Virus record (IMG/VR): IMGVR_UViG_3300036770_004143
Location: 62,001 to 126,000 of that record
Direction: 5' to 3' (one strand)
DNA length: 64,000 nt
Shown here: positions 31,367 to 41,125 of the stretch, piece by piece
Layout: the number at the start of each line of letters is the position of its first letter
Numbering within the stretch: the first letter of the stretch is position 1
The notes under the pieces: model-generated
Seen by the model: the letters and a program-made list of their open reading frames with translations, nothing else
Database searches by the model: none
Told to the model about the DNA's origin: nothing
Program-made: the position numbers and the translations under genes

Positions 31367-32070
31367 TGGAAAAAGAAAAACTAAAAAGAATATTTAATTT
31401 CCTTGAAGAGAAAGGAGAACACATTATAGCATTACCAGTTAAGATTAAATTGGCTATGCCAATAGCAAAAGAAGATTTAAATGTTAAAGGTGATTTGAGT
31501 TTAAGACACGCAAATATAACCTCATTGCCAGAAGGTTTGAAAGTTGGTGGTGATTTATATTTAACTAATTCAAACATAACCTCATTACCAGAAGGTTTAA
31601 AAGTTGATGGTGATTTGATGTTAACCTTTTCAAAAATAATCTCATTACCAGATGATTTACAAGTTGGTGGTTCTTTGAATTTATCATATGCGGATATAAA
31701 CTCACTACCAAAAGGTTTGAAAGTTGGGGGTTCTTTGCATATAGAGGACACAAAAATAACCTCATTGCCAGAAGGATTGAAAGTTAATGGTAATTTGGGT
31801 TTAACTAATTCAAAGATAACCTCATTGCCAGAAGGATTGAAAGTTGGTGGTTATTTGACTTTATCACATACAAATGTAACCTCATTGCCAAAAGGATTGG
31901 AAGTTGGTAGAAATTTGTATTTAAGACATACAAATATAACCTCATTGCCAAAAGGTTTGAAAGTTTATGGAAAATTACTTATAGAAAATGCCCTATTAAG
32001 AAAATACACAGATGAAGAATTAAGAGAAATGATTAGACCTGGATTTATAGATGGAGAAATATTTAGATAA
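31366..32070 (+). CDS. LRR-like solenoid family member A1 (8 repeats)
   Basis: MEKEKLKRIFNFLEE cap, 20-aa SLPEGLKVGGDLYLTNSNIT repeats, KYTDEELREMIRPGFIDGEIFR cap. Confidence 0.85.
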   Translation: MEKEKLKRIFNFLEEKGEHIIALPVKIKLAMPIAKEDLNVKGDLSLRHANITSLPEGLKVGGDLYLTNSNITSLPEGLKVDGDLMLTFSKIISLPDDLQVGGSLNLSYADINSLPKGLKVGGSLHIEDTKITSLPEGLKVNGNLGLTNSKITSLPEGLKVGGYLTLSHTNVTSLPKGLEVGRNLYLRHTNITSLPKGLKVYGKLLIENALLRKYTDEELREMIRPGFIDGEIFR

Positions 32071-32666
32071 TGGAAAAAGAAACAATAAAAAGAATATTTG
32101 AGTTCCTTGAAGAAAAGGAAGGGAAAAAACATAAAGATAGAGATAACTTTATTTGGAAATTAAAATTTAATGAACCCCTAACAAAAGATGATTTAGTTGT
32201 TAATGGTGATTTGGATTTAACAGATTCAACATTAAAATCATTACCAGATAATTTGGAAGTTAAAGGTGGTATGCTTACTAGATTTTCAAGAATAGAAGAA
32301 TTACCAAAAGGGTTGAAAGTTGGTGGTACTTTGGATTTATCCTACTCTAGGATAAAAAACATACCAGATGATATTAAAATTGGTAATTCTTTGTATTTAC
32401 ACAATACAAAAATAACTTCACTACCAGAAGGATTGAAAGTTGGTGGTAGTTTAAGTTTAGTTTTTGCAGATATAGAATCATTACCAGAAGGGTTGAAAGT
32501 TGGTGATATTTTGCATTTACAGCGTTCAAAAATAACTTCATTACCAAAAGGGTTGGAAGTTAAAGGTGAGTTGATTATTAAAAATACAGCATTATTAGAA
32601 TACACAAATAATGAATTAAGAGAAATGATTAAACCTGGATTTATAAAAGGAGACATAATAAGATAA
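32070..32666 (+). CDS. LRR-like solenoid family member A2
   Basis: Same caps and repeats; TAATG coupling. Confidence 0.85.
   Translation: MEKETIKRIFEFLEEKEGKKHKDRDNFIWKLKFNEPLTKDDLVVNGDLDLTDSTLKSLPDNLEVKGGMLTRFSRIEELPKGLKVGGTLDLSYSRIKNIPDDIKIGNSLYLHNTKITSLPEGLKVGGSLSLVFADIESLPEGLKVGDILHLQRSKITSLPKGLEVKGELIIKNTALLEYTNNELREMIKPGFIKGDIIR
32124..32431 (+). repeat. 308-bp direct repeat, copy 1 (identical to 34321-34628)
   Basis: Base-by-base comparison by eye found no mismatch. Confidence 0.85.
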
Positions 32667-33064
32667 TGGAAAAAGAACAATTAAAAAGAATATTTGAGTT
32701 CCTTAAAACAAAGGAAAATCTTAACCAACCACTTGTGTGGAAGTTGAAAACTAATATGCCATTAAGAAAAGAAGATTTGGAAATTAATGGTGATTTGCAA
32801 TTATCAAATATAACATCATTGCCAGATGGATTGGAAGTTAAGGGTACTTTGTATTTAGACAACTCAAGTATAACTTCACTGCCAGAAGGATTGAAAGTTG
32901 GTGATGATTTAAGTCTATATAATACAAAAATAACCTTATTACCAAAAGGTTTGAAAGTTGGGCGTAGTTTATTTATTAGAAATACTCCATTAGAAGATTA
33001 CACTAATGAAGAATTAAGAGATATGATAAACCCTGGATTTATAAAAGGAGACATAATAAGATAA
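32666..33064 (+). CDS. LRR-like solenoid family member A3 (3 repeats)
   Basis: Same caps and repeats; flanked by 44-bp direct repeats. Confidence 0.85.
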   Translation: MEKEQLKRIFEFLKTKENLNQPLVWKLKTNMPLRKEDLEINGDLQLSNITSLPDGLEVKGTLYLDNSSITSLPEGLKVGDDLSLYNTKITLLPKGLKVGRSLFIRNTPLEDYTNEELRDMINPGFIKGDIIR

Positions 33065-33642
33065 TGGAAAAAGAAAAACTAAAAAGAATATTTGAGTTCC
33101 TTGAAGAAAAGGAAGGGCATAATGCACCATTTCGATGGAAAATATTAAATAATAAGCCAATAACCAAAGAAGAATTAAATGTTAAAGGTGATTTGGATTT
33201 AGAAAGAACAGAAATTACCTCATTACCAGAAGGGTTAAATGTTGATGGTAATTTATACCTTTATGAATCAAGCATAACTTCATTGCCAAAAGGATTGAAA
33301 GTTAGGGGTTTATTTTTAGCTAGTTCAAGAATAAAATCATTACCAGAAGATTTGAAAGTTGAAGGTTTGGATTTAGGTGGTACAGAAATAACTAAATTAC
33401 CAAAAGGTTTGAAAGTTGATTATAATTTAGTTTTAAAACATTCAAAAATAGAATCATTGCCAGAAGGATTAGAAGTTGGTGGCGATTTAAATTTAAGAAA
33501 TTGTAAAAACTTAAAGTCCTTACCAAAAGGCTTAATAGTTGGTGGAGATTTACATGTTTATGGAACATCCATATATAAACTTGATGATGATGAAATTGCA
33601 AAAATGATTCATCCTGGATACATAAATGGGAGCATATATTAA
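33064..33642 (+). CDS. LRR-like solenoid family member A4
   Basis: Same caps and repeats. Confidence 0.85.
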   Translation: MEKEKLKRIFEFLEEKEGHNAPFRWKILNNKPITKEELNVKGDLDLERTEITSLPEGLNVDGNLYLYESSITSLPKGLKVRGLFLASSRIKSLPEDLKVEGLDLGGTEITKLPKGLKVDYNLVLKHSKIESLPEGLEVGGDLNLRNCKNLKSLPKGLIVGGDLHVYGTSIYKLDDDEIAKMIHPGYINGSIY

Positions 33643-33646
33643 GATA

Positions 33647-34267
33647 ATGGAAATAAATACAATAAAAAAGATACTTGATTTTATTAAAAAGAAAGAAAAT
33701 AAAGTCCCCTCCTATATTAAGTTAAGAAAACTTAACCTAATGTATGACCTAGAAAATTATCCTGATGATGTTCAATTTACACATAATGATAATCTGTATT
33801 TATACGAAATGCCTATAAAAAAACTACCAAATAAATTTAATGTTAAGGGTTATTTGATGGTGAAAGATTGTAAAAATTTAAAAGAACTTTCAGGTGATTT
33901 ACGTGTTGAAGGTTGGGCAGATTTAGCAGGTTTAAATATAACAAAACTCCCAGATAAAATATATGTGGATGATTATTTAGATTTAGATTCTTGTGAAGAA
34001 TTAATAAAACTCCCAAGTGAATTATATGTTGGGGGTAGTTTAAATTTATCTGATTGTGTAAAAATAAAAGAACTTCCAGATAATTTATACGTTGGAGGTA
34101 ATTTTGGTATTATTTCTACACAAATAGAAGATTTTCCAAATAATTTATATGTTAGACGAGATATAGGCATAAGAAACACCCCCCTTGCCAAAAAATATAC
34201 AGATGAAGAAATAAGAAGTAATAAAAATTTAAATGGGGGAAAATTTGAAGGTAAAATATTTAGATAA
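33647..34267 (+). CDS. LRR-like solenoid family member A5 (divergent)
   Basis: MEINTIKKILDFIKK start at the AGATAATGGAAA junction; LPxxLYVGGSLNLSDC repeats; KYTDEEIR cap. Confidence 0.8.
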   Translation: MEINTIKKILDFIKKKENKVPSYIKLRKLNLMYDLENYPDDVQFTHNDNLYLYEMPIKKLPNKFNVKGYLMVKDCKNLKELSGDLRVEGWADLAGLNITKLPDKIYVDDYLDLDSCEELIKLPSELYVGGSLNLSDCVKIKELPDNLYVGGNFGIISTQIEDFPNNLYVRRDIGIRNTPLAKKYTDEEIRSNKNLNGGKFEGKIFR

Positions 34268-34806
34268 TGGAAAAAGAAACAATAAGAAAAATATTTGATT
34301 TTATTGAGAAGAAAGAAAACAAAAAACATAAAGATAGAGATAACTTTATTTGGAAATTAAAATTTAATGAACCCCTAACAAAAGATGATTTAGTTGTTAA
34401 TGGTGATTTGGATTTAACAGATTCAACATTAAAATCATTACCAGATAATTTGGAAGTTAAAGGTGGTATGCTTACTAGATTTTCAAGAATAGAAGAATTA
34501 CCAAAAGGGTTGAAAGTTGGTGGTACTTTGGATTTATCCTACTCTAGGATAAAAAACATACCAGATGATATTAAAATTGGTAATTCTTTGTATTTACACA
34601 ATACAAAAATAACTTCACTACCAGAAGGGTTATTCATTGGTAATTGGTTAGGAATAATGGATACACCAATAAATAAGTTACCAAAAGGGTTAATAGTTAA
34701 TGGCTACTTAAACATAAATAGTGGAAGTAGTTTAGCCAATTTTTCTAATGATGAATTAAGAGAAATGGTTAAACCTGGATATATAAAAGGAATAATTAAA
34801 ATGTAA
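34267..34806 (+). CDS. LRR-like solenoid family member A6
   Basis: Shares 308 identical bp with A2, different C-terminal repeats. Confidence 0.85.
   Translation: MEKETIRKIFDFIEKKENKKHKDRDNFIWKLKFNEPLTKDDLVVNGDLDLTDSTLKSLPDNLEVKGGMLTRFSRIEELPKGLKVGGTLDLSYSRIKNIPDDIKIGNSLYLHNTKITSLPEGLFIGNWLGIMDTPINKLPKGLIVNGYLNINSGSSLANFSNDELREMVKPGYIKGIIKM
34321..34628 (+). repeat. 308-bp direct repeat, copy 2
   Basis: Identical to 32124-32431. Confidence 0.85.
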
Positions 34807-34962
34807 CCATTAAATCCCATTTAACCACACACAATTTAACCAAGACAATAGATTTTAATAAATATGACATAGTAATAGGCTAAAACAAAAAGTATCTTAA
34901 AATCAAAATATGGAAGCCTTAATCAAAATAGACCTTAATGATATTTATAAATAAAAATTAAT

Positions 34963-35385
34963 ATGATTAATCCAAGAATTAAAAGAATTATTGAAACTGC
35001 CATAAAGGAACAAGCAACTGAAAACTATATGTTCTTTGGTAATTTAAAACAAATAAAAAGACAATGTGAATTATTGCTTGAACTGCAACCAGATGAGGTG
35101 AATGAATTAATAAAAAATGGCCATGACTGGGCAGATGACCACATTAGTGTTGCAAAAGAAAATATGGATCAAGTATTTGATTTTATGATGAATGAATTCA
35201 ATGAGAATGATGACCAAAATTTAACAGAAGCAAAAGCCAAAAAGAACAAACCCAAAAATCCAAAATTATGGAGTCAATGTTTAAGTTGGGCAAAATCAAG
35301 ATATAAGGTATGTCCTAGTGCATATTGCAATGGTGCTGCAGCAAAACGTTATAAGCAATTAGGTGGAAAGTGGAAGAAAGAGTGA
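34963..35385 (+). CDS. Hypothetical two-module phage protein (acidic N-part, basic PSAY C-part)
   Basis: ENYMFFGNLKQ..GHDWADDHI module plus PKNPKLWS..PSAYCNG..YKQLGGKW module. Confidence 0.7.
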   Translation: MINPRIKRIIETAIKEQATENYMFFGNLKQIKRQCELLLELQPDEVNELIKNGHDWADDHISVAKENMDQVFDFMMNEFNENDDQNLTEAKAKKNKPKNPKLWSQCLSWAKSRYKVCPSAYCNGAAAKRYKQLGGKWKKE

Positions 35386-35416
35386 TTTGTTTTTATGAAA
35401 TTTTGTTGTATATTTG
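35386..35416 (+). promoter_or_regulatory. Bacteroidota-type primary sigma promoter (-33/-7)
   Basis: TTTG 35386-89, 19-nt spacer, TATATTTG 35409-16. Confidence 0.7.
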
Positions 35417-35437
35417 CAGTGAAACAAAATAAAAACT

Positions 35438-35815
35438 ATGAAACTATTAAATGATTTGATTGCTTCATTTAAGCAAAATATTTTAGCAATGGTTGATCCA
35501 TCAGAAGATGACATACGTTGCAAGAATATATGTCTTAAACTAATTAATCATCCTGATGCAAATTTAGCATATTCATCAAAATCCCCAGAAAGATTGGTAT
35601 ATCTTGAGGAGGATAACATTTATGTCAATATTATTGATAGAGATGTTTGTATCATATATGAATATGAGGTGTTTAAATTTTTTATTTCCCACCAAAACAC
35701 GCATTTGGAAATAGTGCAGGCTTTTGATGATAAAATGGCATCAAAATTTGATGTATTCTATGATTTATCAAATTACCTAAAAGAAAATTTCTTAGTGAAG
35801 GTTGAAAGTTTTTAA
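35438..35815 (+). CDS. Hypothetical protein
   Basis: 125-aa ORF with own promoter and downstream hairpin. Confidence 0.65.
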   Translation: MKLLNDLIASFKQNILAMVDPSEDDIRCKNICLKLINHPDANLAYSSKSPERLVYLEEDNIYVNIIDRDVCIIYEYEVFKFFISHQNTHLEIVQAFDDKMASKFDVFYDLSNYLKENFLVKVESF

Positions 35816-35827
35816 TGTTTAAAACAC

Positions 35828-35880
35828 ATCACTTATTTAAATGATAATACAAAATATCATTTATTTAAGTGATATTTTTT
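35828..35880 (+). terminator. Hairpin/terminator
   Basis: atcacttatttaaatgata ... tatcatttatttaagtgat near-perfect inverted repeat followed by T run. Confidence 0.6.
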
Positions 35881-35910
35881 TTGTATTTAATTATTTTTTG
35901 TTTATCTTTG
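35880..35910 (+). promoter_or_regulatory. Bacteroidota-type primary sigma promoter (-33/-7)
   Basis: TTTG 35880-83, 19-nt spacer, TATCTTTG 35903-10. Confidence 0.7.
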
Positions 35911-35932
35911 CGTAAACAAAAAAATCAAATGT

Positions 35933-36763
35933 ATGAATGCTAATAAAAGTGGAGAGGAATACCAGGAAGAAATTTTTAAACTTCTAAAAACAACAAATTT
36001 ATCTAATGATTTAATGAATGTAGATTCTTCTATTATTGATAATATTGATGCAAAAAAGAATTTTTTTAAAAACCTAAGAAAAAAAATAACAAAGTTATTC
36101 TTAACTAAGAATGATAAATTACCTTATATTAATTATAATTCATCCATAAAGGGTGATATAATTATTAAAGGTTTAGTTAATATAATTTGTGATATAAAAA
36201 ATTATAGTAATATAGATGGTCGGATGAAATTCCCAACAAACTATGGATTAACAATGAACTCTTTTATGAAAGGAGTGGATTCAAATATAAAATATCCTAT
36301 TTTTTATTTTTTTAGAAATTATGAAAATGACTTAAGTAAACTTTATATTTATTTCTTTTTATTAAAGAAAAATAAATTCAATACATTTACATCTAAATAT
36401 AAAACAAAAGAAACAGTATGTTTTTTAAGCACAGAAAAATTTATTGATTTGTTTTGTTTTATTGAACTTGGTTTTGGATGGAAGTTACACAACATATCCC
36501 CAGTAAAGTATTTTTTAACAAAAAATGAGGATAAAATACAATACAAATCTATTGATTTCAACAAGACATTAGATGATTCTAATATTAGAGTTGATTTATT
36601 GTTTGAAAATGATTATACCTATATATTTTTCTACCAAAATGATGAATGTATATATATTTTATCACAAAGACCAACATCTGCTAATTGTTCATTTATTAAT
36701 TTAAACCATATTAAAATTTTAAATGAAGTTAATATTGTTGACTATCAAACACAAATTCCCTAA
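35933..36763 (+). CDS. Hypothetical protein, possible PD-(D/E)xK nuclease
   Basis: GEEYQEEI...KGDIIIK..IICDIKNY pattern; very AT-rich, Lys/Phe/Asn-rich. Confidence 0.4.
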   Translation: MNANKSGEEYQEEIFKLLKTTNLSNDLMNVDSSIIDNIDAKKNFFKNLRKKITKLFLTKNDKLPYINYNSSIKGDIIIKGLVNIICDIKNYSNIDGRMKFPTNYGLTMNSFMKGVDSNIKYPIFYFFRNYENDLSKLYIYFFLLKKNKFNTFTSKYKTKETVCFLSTEKFIDLFCFIELGFGWKLHNISPVKYFLTKNEDKIQYKSIDFNKTLDDSNIRVDLLFENDYTYIFFYQNDECIYILSQRPTSANCSFINLNHIKILNEVNIVDYQTQIP

Positions 36764-37088
36764 TAATTCTAACTATACTTTCATTTGAAACCATTGTTGG
36801 TTTGTTGCCTGTTCCAGATTTTGGATTCTTTTTTTCAGCACTCCTCTTTTTGGCACAGGCAGCTTTTTTTTCAGCATCACTCATTTTACCAGCAACACCT
36901 GCAGCCCTACATTTTGGATAACCCCCTTTACTATCTGACTCCCTTCCACAGGGTGGATGTTTACCACTTGAATCTTTTCTACATATATTAACCCAGGGTC
37001 CTTTGGGTTGGTTGCTACCTTTTGGTTTCTTTTTTGTACCAAACCAAACAGCAAGATCCTCATTTAGAAATGATGGTTTGTTTTCCAT
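36729..37088 (-). CDS. Small basic Cys-containing phage protein
   Basis: EDLAVWFG..GPWVNICRK..PCGR..GYPKCR motif; TATTTATA motif upstream. Confidence 0.7.
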   Translation of the reverse strand: MENKPSFLNEDLAVWFGTKKKPKGSNQPKGPWVNICRKDSSGKHPPCGRESDSKGGYPKCRAAGVAGKMSDAEKKAACAKKRSAEKKNPKSGTGNKPTMVSNESIVRIIREFVFDSQQY

Positions 37089-37172
37089 ACTATTTTATTA
37101 TATAAATATAAAACTATTATGTTTTTTTCTAATATATAAAATATATTCACCTCTATGGGAAAATATATAAAA

Positions 37173-37202
37173 AAAAGGGTTGCAAAACCTTGCAACCCTT
37201 TC
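37173..37202 (-). terminator. Terminator downstream of major capsid gene
   Basis: aaagggttgcaa-aacc-ttgcaacccttt with A run on the left (U run on minus strand). Confidence 0.8.
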
Positions 37203-37253
37203 TATTATCCTTTAAAATGTCCAGTTTTTTAGTAAAAAAAGTGGACAAATTAA

Positions 37254-39047
37254 TTATCTTAACTCTTGTAAGTCAAATGTTCTAACTCCATCAACTGTAA
37301 TTCTACCATAGAAACGGTTATTAACCAATTTTTTAGCATAACGAGTCATTATACCTTTGATAGGTGTGAAGTTGAATGGGTTATACATAGTTGGAGTTAA
37401 TTGTAAAGGTACATAAGGTGCATAGATATAACCTGTGTCAAGTAAAGATGTTCCTTTATGTCCCATCAAAATTTGGTTTGCTGGGAAGTAAGGATCACGA
37501 TATACTTGGTAACGACCAGCTAATGTACCTACTCTTTCAATACCCATGTTGTATTGGTCTTGCTCTGGTGAAGCATTTGATACATGGAAGTATTCCAAAT
37601 CATCAAAAACTGCACTTACTTCAGAAGAAACAACAATCCAGTTTGCACCACCTCTCAAAGTTGATTTGTGAATTTGTGCAGATACTTGGTTGATTGTTGT
37701 AATCAATGTTTGATTCCAATCTTTTTGAGTGTAAGGGATTGCATTTGTACCCAATCTCTTCCAACCATTGTAATCCCAACGTAAATTCCAAGCTGCACCT
37801 TTTCTAAGGTCACGAAGAATTTCTCTATCAATCTCTGCTGCAATTTGCTCTGACAATAAAGCAGTTAATTCTGCTTCAGCATCAATATTATGGAATGCAG
37901 CAACATCCTGTGCCATTTCTGGAGACCATTGAGCCCTTAACTTTCTTTCAGTTACAGAAACTGTAACAGATTGTAAGTCAAAAGAAACCTCACCAATCTT
38001 ATCTTCAAATTCTAAACTCTTGTAAATTCTATAAGTTGCACCAAATGATGAAGTAGATGTTCCACTAATTGCGGTTGTAAGGCCTGAATAACCATCTAAT
38101 GAATTTGAACCAACAGTTGCTGGTCTTAGTAAATCAACTTCAAGATAAACCACACCTTCTGGTGTTGATAAATCATTATATTGTCCACCACCTGTTAAAC
38201 TATCAGGGAATCCTGCTGTTTGAGTACTACCATATTGAACAAGCCCTTTTGCATACTTCTGTGTCACAACTCTAAATAATAATGGACTACCAGCTACTGT
38301 TGTTGCAGCTGAAAAAGGACCATCAGTTTTAGCAGTTATTGTTAAACTAGCCAAGAAACTTTCATTATCAATTGGATTACCATCAGCACCAATTAATTTA
38401 CCTTCACCTGTGCTTGAGAATCCAGTTAAAGCTATTATAACTTTTCTATACTCAGTTGCAGTAGTAATAGATGCATTTTCTAAATTACTACCATTCCAAA
38501 CAACTGTATTAACTCCAGCAGTAACTGCACTATATTGTCCTTTTGAATAATCATAAAGACCTTCTGGGTTTAAACCTGGCTCATTACCTTCATAGAACCT
38601 ATCATATAGATTTTTTCCACTACCATAACCAGAAGTAGGAGTTTGGTCACTTGGTACACCAGGTGCCCCATAAGGTGAATAATGAGCACCAGCAACATTA
38701 CCAGCATTTGCCTCTTGAATTTGTGGCACAAAGAAGAACAATTTACCAATAGGTAAGTTCATTGCTTGTACAGAAACAATATCATTAGCCAATAATTTAG
38801 AGAATACTCTCCTTACAATTGGGAAAACAACTGTTTCAAATGCACCAGTATCAGATGTACTGGCTGCTTCATTTATAAGATATGATGCTTGGTTTTCATA
38901 TAACTGTGCAACATTCTCTTTTAGGTGGCCTTTAAGACCTTCAAGGAATCCTAATTTATTCCATTTGCTAATAGTATCTTCTTTGATAACTTTTAGGTGT
39001 TTCAACCCAATATTACCAACAAGACCTGATTCTAATAATGCTCCCAT
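37254..39047 (-). CDS. Major capsid protein (T4 gp23-like)
   Basis: FPIVRRVF..DIVSVQAM, VTERKLRAQWSPEMAQD..HNIDAEAELT..EIDREI, YAPYVPL, KGIMTRYA. Confidence 0.95.
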   Translation of the reverse strand: MGALLESGLVGNIGLKHLKVIKEDTISKWNKLGFLEGLKGHLKENVAQLYENQASYLINEAASTSDTGAFETVVFPIVRRVFSKLLANDIVSVQAMNLPIGKLFFFVPQIQEANAGNVAGAHYSPYGAPGVPSDQTPTSGYGSGKNLYDRFYEGNEPGLNPEGLYDYSKGQYSAVTAGVNTVVWNGSNLENASITTATEYRKVIIALTGFSSTGEGKLIGADGNPIDNESFLASLTITAKTDGPFSAATTVAGSPLLFRVVTQKYAKGLVQYGSTQTAGFPDSLTGGGQYNDLSTPEGVVYLEVDLLRPATVGSNSLDGYSGLTTAISGTSTSSFGATYRIYKSLEFEDKIGEVSFDLQSVTVSVTERKLRAQWSPEMAQDVAAFHNIDAEAELTALLSEQIAAEIDREILRDLRKGAAWNLRWDYNGWKRLGTNAIPYTQKDWNQTLITTINQVSAQIHKSTLRGGANWIVVSSEVSAVFDDLEYFHVSNASPEQDQYNMGIERVGTLAGRYQVYRDPYFPANQILMGHKGTSLLDTGYIYAPYVPLQLTPTMYNPFNFTPIKGIMTRYAKKLVNNRFYGRITVDGVRTFDLQELR

Positions 39048-39077
39048 TTTTTTTATTTAGTTTTTTTTATTTATTTT

Positions 39078-40703
39078 TTAACCTAATTTACCCATTAAAT
39101 CTTTCATCCTCAAAAATTGTGGATTTTCATAAGTTTTGGATTCAATCAAGTTAGCAGATGAACCTGTTGAGGCAACATTTGAAATCTTGCGGTTAACAGA
39201 TTCATTTAAAGACGTATTTGAATCTTTTGATAATTCGCTATTAATAGCATTGTATAGATTTTTTGATTCTTGTAATGATTGAATATTATCAAAACGTCTT
39301 AAAATGTTTATTTTTTCTTTTTTTGTTGTTGAATGTTCTGTGAACAATCTTGTTGCATATGCCAAATTAGCATTGAAAACAGCAACATCATTTAATTTCT
39401 CTCTAAATACATTTAATGATTTTTTATAATCACTATTCTTTTGTCTTAATTCCAAAACTTGGTTTTCAAGAGATTCTAAATTCAAATTTCTATTTGGTGT
39501 AATGCCTTTTTTAAGACCCCTACCTGCTTTGCTTCCCATACCATAAGTTCTTGATGCTTCTTTGGTTTCTTGTTTTCTACCAGGAGTTACTTTCTTCATC
39601 TTACCATCAACATTTGCGGCAGATTTGTCATAGTCAAACTTGGCTTTTCCTGTTCCCATTTTTTTAGGACCCTCTTTCATTTTTTCGTTAAAACCATTTT
39701 TAGCCATCTTATACTTAAATTTGGAAGCCTTTTTAGCCTCACCTAAATAGTCATATTTTTCAGATGTTTCACTTTTATTTGCCATACATCCATTATTTTC
39801 TAATACTTTCATTATTCTTCCAGCCTCTGTAATTCCATATTCTTCTATGAAATCACTAACTGAAAAATTATCACAATCAACTTCAATGTTGTTTAAATCA
39901 TCTTCCATATCCATATCAAAATCATCTTCCATATCCATATCATCTTCCATATCCATATCAAAATCATCTTCATCTTCCAAATCAATTTGCTCATCTACTT
40001 CAATTTCATAAATGATATTAGATTTTCTGGTATTAGTTCTTTCAAAAATTTTATCAATGGTTGATTGAGTGTCATCTTCATACATTTCACCCATTTCATC
40101 ATCATAATCACCATCCATTTCCATTTCATCTTCATCTTCAAAACCCATATCCATTTCATCTTCATCTTCAAAATCCATTTCCATTTCATCATCATCTTCA
40201 AAATCCATTTCCATTTCATCTTCAAAATCCTCACCACCAAACTCACTTATTTGTTCACCTAATCTTATTAAATATTCATTATCATCATCAGTTAAAGAGA
40301 TGTCCCCACCATCTTTGCTAACAATAATACCATCTTCATCACCCATTGCTTTAAATACTTTTAATAAGTCATGCTCTGAAGACCCCCTCATATCAATGAC
40401 ATCATCATCATCTTCCATATCAAACTCATCTTCATCTTCCATTTCATCATCCTCTATGTCCATATCCATATCCATATCTTCATCCTCCATATCATCCTCC
40501 ATATCTTCAACATCATCTTCCATATCTAAATCAGTGTCATCATCTTCAATATCTTCTTGCTCATTTAAAGATTCTTTAACTAATTCTTCGATTTCTTCCT
40601 TCATTGTTGAAGAAAGTATTCCTTTTGCGTTTTCTGCAAGCACATCTTCAATTTGTTTCATTTGAATTAGTGCTTCTTCTACTAAGTTTTTTTCAGATTG
40701 CAT
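39078..40703 (-). CDS. Prohead core/scaffold protein (gp22-like) with acidic Met-rich repeats
   Basis: Directly upstream of MCP; C-terminal LNDVAVFNANLAY..KKEKINILRRFD coiled coil; DMEDD repeats. Confidence 0.75.
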   Translation of the reverse strand: MQSEKNLVEEALIQMKQIEDVLAENAKGILSSTMKEEIEELVKESLNEQEDIEDDDTDLDMEDDVEDMEDDMEDEDMDMDMDIEDDEMEDEDEFDMEDDDDVIDMRGSSEHDLLKVFKAMGDEDGIIVSKDGGDISLTDDDNEYLIRLGEQISEFGGEDFEDEMEMDFEDDDEMEMDFEDEDEMDMGFEDEDEMEMDGDYDDEMGEMYEDDTQSTIDKIFERTNTRKSNIIYEIEVDEQIDLEDEDDFDMDMEDDMDMEDDFDMDMEDDLNNIEVDCDNFSVSDFIEEYGITEAGRIMKVLENNGCMANKSETSEKYDYLGEAKKASKFKYKMAKNGFNEKMKEGPKKMGTGKAKFDYDKSAANVDGKMKKVTPGRKQETKEASRTYGMGSKAGRGLKKGITPNRNLNLESLENQVLELRQKNSDYKKSLNVFREKLNDVAVFNANLAYATRLFTEHSTTKKEKINILRRFDNIQSLQESKNLYNAINSELSKDSNTSLNESVNRKISNVASTGSSANLIESKTYENPQFLRMKDLMGKLG

Positions 40704-40742
40704 AATTTTTTATTTATTTTTATTATAAATATACAGAAAAGC

Positions 40743-40811
40743 AAAAAAGTTACTAAACAGCAGTAACTTTTTTTAAAAACAAAAACCCCCAACATAAAAT
40801 GCTAGGGGTTT
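40743..40811 (-). terminator. Two tandem hairpins between 40833 gene and scaffold gene
   Basis: aaaaaagttact/agtaactttttt (40743-40773) and aaacccc/ggggttt (40781-40811). Confidence 0.6.
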
Positions 40812-40832
40812 AAAAGGAAAAACAATTAGTTT

Positions 40833-41042
40833 TTATTGGAAAACTTCATCAATTTTTGATTCTGACACAGCAGTTATTCTCCATTCTTGTGTGAAATTTT
40901 GATACTTTTCAGTTATCTTGGCTTCCACATCTGTTACAGAATAACCCTTCACCAATTTTTCTTCTCTTATCTTTTTTAATTTTCCAGTGTTTTCATCTGG
41001 TAAATTAAAAGTTAGTTTTGCAACAAAGAATTTTTCATCCAT
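40833..41042 (-). CDS. DUF4494-like small protein
   Basis: FFVAKL..KKIREEKLVKGYSVTDVEAKI..ITAVSESKIDEVF resembles the Bacteroidota DUF4494 pattern (from memory). Confidence 0.5.
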   Translation of the reverse strand: MDEKFFVAKLTFNLPDENTGKLKKIREEKLVKGYSVTDVEAKITEKYQNFTQEWRITAVSESKIDEVFQ

Positions 41043-41125
41043 AGGTATTGTTTTTTATTTGTTTGTGTAAATATAGTTATTTTTTTAGTTTAAATCAAAT
41101 ATTATTTTTAGTTTTTGTATTTCTA

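Noticed and set aside
31366-34806. Diversity-generating retroelement behind LRR variation
   Set aside because: No reverse transcriptase in the window and no TR/VR pair with adenine-specific differences; the 308-bp pair is identical. An RT elsewhere in the genome cannot be excluded.
31366-34806. Integron cassette array
   Set aside because: Genes overlap (TAATG), leaving no room for attC hairpins, and no integrase is seen
34807-34940. Intergenic stretch after array A as small ORF or ncRNA
   Set aside because: Only a ~24-codon minus-strand ORF and no convincing stem-loop
39995-40665. Short ORFs with WKWILK or HHH repeats
   Set aside because: Alternative-frame and antisense shadows of the acidic scaffold repeats
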